A program made the position numbers and the translations under genes. Shown here piece after piece: positions 1-10,100 of a DNA stretch of 49,491 nucleotides (its first letter is position 1; each line of letters opens with the position of its first letter). The notes beneath the pieces are model-generated. The model was given only the letters and a program-made list of their open reading frames with translations. It ran no database searches and was not told the DNA's origin. The stretch comes from a virus (lineage: Duplodnaviria; Caudoviricetes). Location: IMG/VR virus record IMGVR_UViG_3300026279_000387, positions 1 to 49,491 of that record, one strand, 5' to 3'.

Positions 1-2
1 CA

Positions 3-626
3 GGCTATGATATTATTGTAACTAACAATATAGTTGTATTAGGTAAAAATGGAGTTGCTGGCGAAATTAATTGGCGTACAGTTTTAGAATCAGAGCTTGG
101 AGAGTATATAGCAGGACTAAGCAAAATTTATTTGAATAGGTTAGATGTTGGAAATGTTATTGGTACATTTGCATTAAACTCTCTAGACGAAACTCAAATA
201 ATTGTAAACTGGGATGTTGATACTATTCCTACAAATTCAATATTTGAAGGACCAGCAGTTACTAAAGGTACAATTGACTATATTATTGATCCAACAAGAA
301 CTAATCCAACAAACCTTAAAGTTAGTGGTACTAGAATTTTATTGTTAGAAGATATTGGTGCATCAACTAATGCTGATGGCCCAGATGCTTGGAAAAGCGT
401 AGCTGGTGTTGATTTTATTGCATCAGCTAATGATATAGTTGAATGGGACGGAAATAGCTGGACTATAGTATTTAATGCTAGTAATAATGACGGTTCAGAC
501 TCTACAATAGATATTAAATATACAACCAACCTTAATACCGGTATCCAATATAGATGGGACGGTTCAGAATGGACATTAAGCTTCGAAGGCACATATCGAA
601 TCGGCACCTGGCGCCTAGCTCTTTAG
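3..626 (+). CDS. 5'-truncated virion/tail-associated protein (C-terminal part)
   Basis: The frame is open from base 3 (GYDIIVTNN...), so the TTG at 132 is probably not the true start. Trp-rich beta motifs (IVEWDGNSW, YRWDGSEW) are typical of phage structural proteins. Confidence 0.6.
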   Translation, partial: GYDIIVTNNIVVLGKNGVAGEINWRTVLESELGEYIAGLSKIYLNRLDVGNVIGTFALNSLDETQIIVNWDVDTIPTNSIFEGPAVTKGTIDYIIDPTRTNPTNLKVSGTRILLLEDIGASTNADGPDAWKSVAGVDFIASANDIVEWDGNSWTIVFNASNNDGSDSTIDIKYTTNLNTGIQYRWDGSEWTLSFEGTYRIGTWRLAL

Positions 627-639
627 CATAATTATTAGT

Positions 640-1080
640 ATGACTGATATAATATGTAGTGGTGCTCTCTTCTATACTTTAGATACTAATAGGTTTTTAT
701 TTTTACATAGAGCCCAAAGTAAACAAAATAATGTTTGGGGACTTGTTGGTGGAACTAACGAGACTAAAGAAATCCCATTTCAAGCATTACAAAGAGAAGT
801 ACAAGAAGAAATAGGAAATACACCTTCTATAATTAAATCTATTCCTTTAGAAACTTTTGTTAGTAGTGACGAAAAGTTTAAGTTCCATACATATCTATGT
901 GTTATAAAAGAAGAATTCATACCAAAATTAAATAAAGAACATAACGGATATGCTTGGGTAGGATTTAATAAGTGGCCAAAACCGTTACATCAAGGCTTAC
1001 GAAATACTTTACAAAATAAATCAAATTTAACAAAATTAGAAACAGTTTTTAAATTAGTATCGCTAATGGAACAAAAATGA
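640..1080 (+). CDS. Nudix hydrolase
   Basis: Nudix box GGTNETKEIPFQALQREVQEEIG (GX5EX7REUXEEXG). Confidence 0.9.
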   Translation: MTDIICSGALFYTLDTNRFLFLHRAQSKQNNVWGLVGGTNETKEIPFQALQREVQEEIGNTPSIIKSIPLETFVSSDEKFKFHTYLCVIKEEFIPKLNKEHNGYAWVGFNKWPKPLHQGLRNTLQNKSNLTKLETVFKLVSLMEQK

Positions 1081-2354
1081 TCAAAGTGTATGGAGATATA
1101 ATGTTAGACCGTTGGATTAACGGTAAAGCTGATAGAGTATCTCCTGAAGCTAATGTTTTAATTTTAAACGAACACCACCAAACATTTAATTTAGGTGGTG
1201 CGGCTAATTTAGCAATTAATTTAAAAAATATAGATGTTAATACAGAATTATATGGAGTAGTAGGAAAAGATACGCAAGGAATTCATGTACTTCACTTATT
1301 AGGAAAGACTGATATAGTTAGTAATTTATCTAGTTTAGATAAGCCATATAGAACAACTATTAAAACAAGACTTGTAGGAGATTCAGGACAACATCTTTTA
1401 CGTTGGGATAGAGAAACAAAATATACCGGTAAAGAAGCATTAAAAAGATTATCAGAAAGTCTGTCTAATAATGATATTGTTGTTATTAGTGATTATAATA
1501 AAGGAACTGTTACTGAAGAAACTGTTGAAGAATTATTAGGTACAGCAGATATAAAATTATTTGTTGATCCTAAACAAGATGCACATTATTATGATGGTGC
1601 CTTTTTAGTAAAACCTAATATAAAAGAATATGAAGAATGGAATGGTAAGTATAATAAAACTCATGCGTTAGAATATATGCGTGATCATAATTGGACTTGG
1701 TTAGTTGTAACTGACGGTTCTAATGGTATTCATGTTTTAAATAAAGATAGTGAATATCATTATTTTAAAGAAGATATAAAAGAAGTCTCAGATGTTACAG
1801 GTGCAGGAGATATAGTTTTAGCAGTTATAGTTTATGCTTATAATAAAGGATTAAGTATTCCTTATGCTTGTGAACTTGCCAGTTATGCCGCAACTCGTAG
1901 TGTAGAAAAACGTGGAGTTGTTCTAGTAACATTAGATGATTTAGATAGGGGTATTGTATGGACTAATGGGGTGTTTGATATACTGCATACTGGTCATTTA
2001 AAGCTACTTAGACACGCACACACGCTAGGTAAACGCCTTGTGGTGGGCATTAATAGTGATAAAAGTGTTAAGCGTCTTAAAGGCGAAACTAGACCCATTA
2101 ACAATGAAATAAAGCGAAAAGAAACATTAGAAGAATTAGGATTTATAGATGAGGTTATAATATTTGATGAAGATACTCCAATAGATACTATTGAAAAAGT
2201 TAAACCAGATATCATTGTAAAAGGCGGAGATTATACTGTAGAAACAACTGTAGGAAATGATATAGCAAAGGTAGTTATATTTCCTAAGGTAGAAGGACAT
2301 TCAACAACAGAACTAATAAAAAAAATTTCTATTACAATGCCGGAGAAAGAATGA
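1077..2354 (+). CDS. hldE: Bifunctional heptose-7-phosphate kinase / heptose-1-phosphate adenylyltransferase (HldE/RfaE)
   Basis: N-terminal GDIMLD..RVSPEA and GGAANLA; PfkB motif DVTGAGD; C-terminal nucleotidyltransferase motifs TNGVFDILHTGH, GINSDKSVKRLKG, VKGGDY and GHSTT. ATGA overlap with the Nudix gene. Confidence 0.93.
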   Translation: MIKVYGDIMLDRWINGKADRVSPEANVLILNEHHQTFNLGGAANLAINLKNIDVNTELYGVVGKDTQGIHVLHLLGKTDIVSNLSSLDKPYRTTIKTRLVGDSGQHLLRWDRETKYTGKEALKRLSESLSNNDIVVISDYNKGTVTEETVEELLGTADIKLFVDPKQDAHYYDGAFLVKPNIKEYEEWNGKYNKTHALEYMRDHNWTWLVVTDGSNGIHVLNKDSEYHYFKEDIKEVSDVTGAGDIVLAVIVYAYNKGLSIPYACELASYAATRSVEKRGVVLVTLDDLDRGIVWTNGVFDILHTGHLKLLRHAHTLGKRLVVGINSDKSVKRLKGETRPINNEIKRKETLEELGFIDEVIIFDEDTPIDTIEKVKPDIIVKGGDYTVETTVGNDIAKVVIFPKVEGHSTTELIKKISITMPEKE

Positions 2355-3163
2355 GAATTTTAATTACAGGAAGTAACGGATTTATAGGTAAAAATTTAGG
2401 CCCTTATCTTGCCCATAAAGGACATGATGTAGAAGGGTATGATTATATTGATGGAAGATTTCCAGATCCAAAAGAATACGATAGAGTAATTCATTTAGGT
2501 GCAATTAGTGATACAACAGAAAAAGATGTTGATAAAATCCTAAAGCAAAATTATGAGTTTAGTATTAAAATGTTAGAATTATGTGATACATTTGGAGTAA
2601 CTTTTATGTATGCTTCAAGTGCCAGTGTATATGGAAGCAATACAGAATTTAAAGAAAACTCGCCTGTAAATCCGCAATCACCATATGCTTGGAGCAAATA
2701 CTTATTTGATAGATACGTTCAGTCAATAACTGAATATCAAGTTAATGTTCAAGGATTTAGATTTTTTAATGTATATGGTCCTGGAGAAGAACATAAAGGT
2801 GATCAAAAAAGTGTATTTCATAAGTTTAAAGCACAAGCAATTGAAACTAAAAAAATAAATGTTTTTGAAAATAGTGAGAATATACATAGAGATTTTATTC
2901 ATGTAGGTGATGTATGTCAAATTTTAGAAAAATTTTTAACAGTTGATGCAACAGATATTTGGAATATTGGTACAGGGCAAACTAGAACTTTCTTACAAAT
3001 AGCAGAACTAATAGCTAAAAAATGGGGAGCTGAAATTAATACAATACCTATGCCCGAAAACTTAGTAAAACAATACCAGTATTATACAAAAGCAGATATA
3101 GAAAAGTTAAGTAATACTATTGGAGAGTACAAATTTAAACCGGTAGAGGATTTTATCATATGA
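2351..3163 (+). CDS. hldD: ADP-L-glycero-D-manno-heptose 6-epimerase (HldD/RfaD)
   Basis: Extended SDR motifs GSNGFIG, HLGAISDTTE, YASSASVYG, YAWSK, FFNVYGPGEEHKG and YQYYTKAD; translationally coupled to hldE. Confidence 0.9.
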   Translation: MRILITGSNGFIGKNLGPYLAHKGHDVEGYDYIDGRFPDPKEYDRVIHLGAISDTTEKDVDKILKQNYEFSIKMLELCDTFGVTFMYASSASVYGSNTEFKENSPVNPQSPYAWSKYLFDRYVQSITEYQVNVQGFRFFNVYGPGEEHKGDQKSVFHKFKAQAIETKKINVFENSENIHRDFIHVGDVCQILEKFLTVDATDIWNIGTGQTRTFLQIAELIAKKWGAEINTIPMPENLVKQYQYYTKADIEKLSNTIGEYKFKPVEDFII

Positions 3164-3561
3164 CACAATTAAATGGAACAGTAGAAAAGGGCTGGGGATA
3201 CGAACTTATTTGGGCAACTAATGACAAATATTGTGGTAAAATTTTAGTGTTCGCTAAAAAAGGTAATAAATTTTCTATGCATTTTCATAAAGATAAAGAC
3301 GAAACTTGGTTTGTAAATAACGGCAAGTTTATGTTAAATTACATTGACACTAATACTGCTCAACTATACCAAAAAGAATTAAAAGAAGGCGACACTTGGC
3401 ATAACCCTCCTTTACAACCCCATCAATTAGTAGCATTAGAAGATGGAAGTAGCATAACCGAAGTTAGTACACCTGATTCAGTAGAAGATAATTATCGGCT
3501 TATGCCTGGCGATAGCCAACCAATAGAAGATAGTCAAGATGCTAAAAATACACAAAAGTAA
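3160..3561 (+). CDS. Cupin, sugar(-phosphate) isomerase-like
   Basis: KGWGYE..., SMHFHKDKDETWFV, a later PH motif and EVST give a cupin metal-binding pattern. Confidence 0.8.
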   Translation: MTQLNGTVEKGWGYELIWATNDKYCGKILVFAKKGNKFSMHFHKDKDETWFVNNGKFMLNYIDTNTAQLYQKELKEGDTWHNPPLQPHQLVALEDGSSITEVSTPDSVEDNYRLMPGDSQPIEDSQDAKNTQK

Positions 3562-3572
3562 TCCGGTATAAT

Positions 3573-4175
3573 ATGTATATAGAAAAGCTCTTCCCAGTTG
3601 GTGTATTAGTACACGATATTGATCCTAAGTTAGCAGATCATGTAGAAAAGGTAGTAGTAAAAAAACTTAAAGATTTGCCGCGACCAGATGCTAACGCTCC
3701 ACATGCCACAGATTACTTTGAACCAAACAAGATTATAGATTTACATGTTCATGATTTAAATGACTTATATAGAGAAATATGTAGGGGGATCGACATGTAT
3801 CAATCACAAAGTAATATGCGATCAGTACAAACAAGAACTTCTAGTTTTAACACTCCAGATATTCATGCATTGTCTTGGTGGACTCAAGACTATATAGAAG
3901 GTGATGTTCATAAAGAACACGACCACGGTGTAGGAAGCATTTCAGGAATATATTGGGTTAGAGCAAATGAAAATGCTGGAGGCTTACAATTTAGAAATCC
4001 TAATCCCCTAGTACAATATCAATCACAACATGATACTAATGCAGAGTTTTCTTGGCAGGAATATGTATACCAACCTGTTAAAGGAAGAATACTATTGTTT
4101 CCAAGTTACTTGAAACATGAAATATTAGAAAGTGGAAAAGACACAATACGTACAACGATTGCGTTTAATACTTAG
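3573..4175 (+). CDS. Putative 2OG-Fe(II) oxygenase (TIGR02466-like)
   Basis: LFP start, HxH (HDH), ISGIYWV, LLFPSYLKH and RTTIAFN. Confidence 0.85.
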   Translation: MYIEKLFPVGVLVHDIDPKLADHVEKVVVKKLKDLPRPDANAPHATDYFEPNKIIDLHVHDLNDLYREICRGIDMYQSQSNMRSVQTRTSSFNTPDIHALSWWTQDYIEGDVHKEHDHGVGSISGIYWVRANENAGGLQFRNPNPLVQYQSQHDTNAEFSWQEYVYQPVKGRILLFPSYLKHEILESGKDTIRTTIAFNT

Positions 4176-7100
4176 GCTTGTGCTTCACCCCATCTTAGAA
4201 TTAAGTTCGCGTTAACAGCCGCACCAGACGTTTTATAAACATTAATTGCTAATACATCAGGTCCATTTGGATATGTTCCTCGTCCACCTAATGTAGTATT
4301 TGTTAGTTCTTTCAATCCTGATAAATCTAAGTTTGCAAGACTACCTGGGTTTGCAATGAATGAAAATACAGTTTCACCTGGCTGTGCATACGGTGGTTGT
4401 CCAAATAAGAATCCTACATTTGCACCTGCCGCCACAGTTGCAATTGATGTTTGTGAAAACGTTACTTTATAATACTCTACTCCACCAAACTCTAATGGTC
4501 CTTGAACATTTGATACCGCAGTACCCGCCGGAAATTTAGAATCGCTTACTTCTGTACCAGAAACTGCGGCAGTTCCTTCCCAACTTGTTTTTGTAAAGTA
4601 CAAGTAGTTAGTATAAGATAACTCGCCACCAATACCAAATGTAACTGATTCACCAGCACTAACATAGCCTGAGTTTCTATTACTCATTCTAACTTGATAT
4701 CTAGGATACCAGGATTGGTAGTAAATATCAGATACTGTTGTTCCTGCTGGAAAGTCTGAAGACCCTGCCGCAGGGTTACCAGTAGCAACAACTTCTACAC
4801 CGGTTTGAACAGTATCATTTAAGGCATCCCATTCAGCTCCTGAAAAGTAATGCCATACAGTATTTGATCTATTATATAATGAATTAGCCGAGTCTGTCAT
4901 TTGTGCCGTTGTAGTTGCATTTCTAACAACCTGTGTAGCACCTGTACTCCATGTAACAGATCCACCTGGTGCCACTTGTGCAAAGCTAGGTTGGCCACCT
5001 TGAGCAAGTCCTGATAATCCAGCCCACCCAACGTTACCTGGATCTGTGGGATAGTTTTGTGGATTTAACACACCCTCAATAACGATACCACCTGTACTTG
5101 TATCTGATGTAACTTCAATACCTTCAAGTAGTAACTGGGCTCTGTTAAGTAGCTCACGTTCACCTAAGTCACCAACAATAGCGTTAGATACACTAGGTGC
5201 TAGTCTAAGCATAAACACCGTGTTTCTTGTTGTAGTAATTTCGTTACCAGTTGATGCGTATGAGAAAATGTAACCACGATCACTATCAAAGCCACCGTCT
5301 GTTAAGAACGCTGATCCCCAGTGTGATATAATCGGTGATATAGTATTACTAATTAGTGGTACACCTGTTTTTGCTGTATGAGCCGCGGCTTCTCCAGCTG
5401 TATATGTTCTGTTGGCTCCTGATGCATAGTTTGACATCGGCGCCGCTCTTGTTGCCCCAGTTAATGTATCTCCAGTAATGCCTGTATAGTTAATCATCTC
5501 ACCATCAATAAAAATTGTTCCTGCATTCGGAAAATATTTTGCATCTACTAATGGAATAGTAGTTTGTGCATAATCAATATCTGCCGCTAGTTTTCCTGAT
5601 GGACCTTCGTTAGTAATTTCATATCTAACTGGCATATTACCAGTACGCATAAATGCTTCTGTGTTTATATTACTATTTCTCATTCTATGGAAGAAGATAA
5701 AGTTACCGTCATCACCACGTAACATATAGTCAATAAATCCTGCTCCGTACCAACTGTATTGGACTCCCATCATCTGCATCTTAGACACATCAATAATATA
5801 TCCACTACTACCAGAACCGTCAAGTTTATCTTTATTAAATTCGTTTTGTTTAGTTTTCTTATCACTAACTAAACATACTTTACAAGCTGACGCTGGAGTT
5901 ACACCACGAAAGTCAGGTGTAAGATACATACTTGTATCACTTGCAATATTAGAAACAACATGGGTCATTCCTTTAATAACAATTCTATCGCCTGCTTTAA
6001 GTTGATCTCTAAATCTTGATCCAACTCCTGTACATAAGTTACTATCAACAGGTACACTTACTGTTCCTGCTAATTGTAGTGTTGCAGTACGTTGTACACA
6101 AGTAAAGTTTTCTCCATCATACTCCATAAAGATACCGTTCTGATCATCAAATGCTCCTGAACGTACAGTTGCACCGTGCCATGTAAGTAACGAAACTTGT
6201 GCTCTTGGACTTAATGTTGGAGTTGTGCTACCTAGTTTGAAATCAGCAACAACTCTAAATTGTCTTTCTGAAACAACAGATGCTACTGTATAATCTCCGT
6301 TATATCCTGGAGTTTCAATTCCAAGTAATCTAATTACTCCACCAATTTGTAGACCGTGGTCTACATCATCTGTAGTAACAGTAATAAATGATCCAATTGT
6401 TACGTCTTCTGCTGTAACGTTAAGCAAATCGTAACTTGGTGCAAATAAGGCACCCGTTGTATACATAATACCTTTACCTGATTGATACCTAATATATTTT
6501 TTACTCTGTCTAATTGCCTGTGCACCGTGTTGTGGTCCACCTGTTCCTAACATAACACCACCATCATATGGTCTATGTACAAAGAACGAATCTGGTCTTG
6601 GATAAATGTCTGCAATTATATCATTAACATCACCAATTGTTCCTGGTGCTCTACATTGATATTTTAGTGTAAGTAATGATGGAACTTGCTGTGCAAAGAA
6701 TGGACCTTCACAAAGTGTATGGTTGTTTGCTCCACTATCACTAGCTACAGTAATAATAAATGAATCTCCTGGAACTAATCCGTGTGCAGTAGCAAATGTA
6801 ATTTTAACAGTAGCCAATGCCGCAAAAGCAATAGTACTCTGTGCTGTTAAGGCCTGTGTTATTGATTCAGATAAAGTAACTGATGAATATGTTTGAACAA
6901 CTGTTCCTGTAATTCCTGATCCTAATCCTGTAACAGTAGTAATACTTCCGTCTGTTGTTACTGAACCAACTGTTACAATAATGTCATTAGTTGCATCTAC
7001 ACCACCAAGTTGTGATCCTGTAATTTTAATTTTGTTTCCTGCAAGATAATTTTCACCATCAGCAACTACTGTCGGCGTACTATATACTCCTGTTGAACGT

Positions 7101-10100
7101 GTTACTGTAAACGTAGCATTAGTACCTATATTATTTAAATTTGTTCCACCAATACCAGTATAACTAGCACTTCCACCCGGTGCTGTACCACTATGACTAA
7201 AAGTAGAAATTGCTCCTGTTGGCGTAACACTATTAATTGTAAGTTCTAAATCATTAGTTGGACTTGCACCACCTAATTGTGGTCCAAGAATTTTAATTGT
7301 TTGTGTTGCATTATAAAGTGTACCACCATTAGCAAGTGACGGTGTATAAGAACCACCACTTAATACTACATCCCAAGTAGCACCTGCACCAACTGTCATA
7401 ATTGCTTGACCATCTGCTTGGCTAATTCCGTAATAACTTGCTTGATCTAATGCTGTACCAGTTACATTAATAGTTAAAATTTCACCACCGCCACCAACTG
7501 TAGCAATTGTAATTGTACAATCATTTGTACCAGTTCCACCACCTAAATTTGCTCCGTCAATTGTAAATGTTTCACCTGCTAAGTAACCTGTTCCTGGGGT
7601 ACTAATAATTGCCGAATACGCTATATCTAATCTAGTTACAGTAAAGTCTGCTGTTGTTCCACTGGCTGTATTTGTAGTATATGCTACTCCAGAATAAGTT
7701 GCTGTTGCATCTGCGGCAGTACCACTAATTGTAAGTCCAGTAATTACACCTGTTCCACTAACTGTGCTAATACTAACTTCTGCATCATTAGTTGTATTAA
7801 TACCACCTAATGTAGGTCCTGCAATTTTTAATAAGTCACCAACAACATATCCAGTTGTTGCATCAGCTGATGTTCCTGCGATTGTAAATGTTTGAATTAA
7901 TCCTATACCATTTACACCAGTAACTGTAATAGTAGCATCATTGGCCGGTGTTGCTCCTCCTAATGATGTTCCTGCAATTACTATTTGTGAATCAACATTA
8001 TATGTATTGCCACCAAGTGCTCCAAGAACTCCTGAATATGTATTATTATAATTTACAGTAACATTAAATTGTGCATTTTCACCTAATTGATTTGTATGGC
8101 TACTTACATTACTAAATGTTTGAACATTAACCGCTGTACCGCCAATAGTTGCTGTTTGAATAGTACCTCCAGCATTAACAGTAGCTATAGTAACAGTTGC
8201 ATCGTTAGTTGGACTTGTACCACCTAAGGCTGTTCCTAAAATGTTTAATGTATCACCTACTCCATAACCTGAACCACCGCCAAATATTGCTACACTATAA
8301 ACTGTACCTACTCTAGTAACATTAATAGATGCTGTAAGACCACCAATACTTGTAGTAGTATATACAACACCTGAATATGTAACGTTTGCGTCGGCTCCAG
8401 TACCAGTAATAGTCATACTAGTTATAGCACCAGCATTAATTCCTGTAACTTTAACTAAAGCATCATTAGTTGACGAAGCTCCGCCTAATTGTAATCCATC
8501 AATTTTAATATAATCATTAACAATATACCCTGTACTAGCATCGCCGGCATTTAGTGCAATAGTATAAACATTATTAGTTAAAGTAACATCAAAAGCCGCT
8601 CCAGTACCAACACCACCTAATGATGTTCCTGAAATATTTGTATAAGTTGGTTGTGCTAAACTAACACTATATGAATTATTAGTATATGTAATATCAAACA
8701 ATGCTCCAGTACCAACACCATTAGCGTTTGTACCTGTTAAGCCTATATAGTTAGCATTTCCATCAAATGCTGTTCCTGTTGTAGTGATAGTAACAATATC
8801 TCCGCTAGTATCTGCTTCTGTAATTTCAATTCTACAATCATGTTCAGGAGTAGTACCACCTAGTGAATTACCTAAAACTATAATAACATCTCCAGTTTCG
8901 TAATCATCTCCGTCGTCGTTAACAGTTACAGTATAAGTTCCGCCTGCTCTACTAATATCAAATGTTGCTCCAAATCCTGCACCTGTAACATTTGTTCCTG
9001 ATAATGCTGTATAAGTAACATTATTACCAATAATTGTGTTCGTTGTATTTCCATCTAAATTAATATTATTTCCAACAATACTACTTACAAATACCGCAGT
9101 TCCGTCACCTCTATCAATTCCCATACCAGTTAATACACCTGCAGTATTTGTAACTGGAATTACGTTAGAACCAATAGCAACATCTGACGATGTTTGAAGT
9201 GTTGCAATTGTTCCACCAGTACCTTGTACTGATGTAACCTGTGCACCAGTTGGAATTCCTACACCATTGTTTATTGTTTGGATCTTAAATGTTAAATTCG
9301 CCGCTCCGCCACTACCTAATTGTGCATCTGTAACTGTAATAGTATCATTAACTGCATTACGTCGTCCACCTGTAACAATAGTTGCTACTGCGGCACCTGT
9401 CCCGTCAATTACAATATTAACTGTTGGAACAATTAAGTCTGCAACTACGCTATCTGATGTACCAACGATATTATTATAAGTTCCTGCTGTTCGTAAAGCA
9501 TCTGCCGCCGAGTATGTATAAATTGCAATAGCCATGCCAGATTCAACTAACATCGGAGAACCAACTTCTGGAAGTGTTCCGTCCCATGTAATCTTATCTG
9601 TCCCATTTAATACCGCTAATGGATTATATAATACTCCTGCGGCACCTTGTGATTCAATAGTAAATGATGGATTACCAATTGACGCTCCTGTATAAAATCC
9701 TGCTTCGCGTAATTGTGTATAAAATGTTGAAAGTACTTCACCGTTAGCTGTACCAACTTTTGATTTTGCAAAATATGTAAATGTACTAATAGTAGGTGTT
9801 GTTGAAATAATAAATGAGCCTTCAGCTCTACTTGCCCCTGCTACTGAATTTTCTAATGCTTTAAGTGTAATTGGAGTTCCTGACTCTAAGTTATGAGCGC
9901 CAATCGTAGTAACAGTAATTAATGACTGACCAATTCCACCAGTTCCACTTGAAGCGTCTGTTACAACTGATTGCACTTGTTTATCTGTACCTGGTACTTC
10001 ATAAATTGATGGATAACCTCTTTGTGTAGCAATCGCTTGCCACTTCGTAGGTTGTAATCCATACTCAAAGTCAGCATCAAGCATAGATACTGGAGCTGAA

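Noticed and set aside
132-626. TTG start given in the ORF track
   Set aside because: The frame is open back to base 3, so the gene most likely begins upstream of the window.
640-4175. Host chromosomal LPS locus (prophage boundary or chimeric assembly)
   Set aside because: The block is flanked on both sides by phage structural-type genes, has similar AT-rich composition and tight overlaps, and no integrase or att site is visible.
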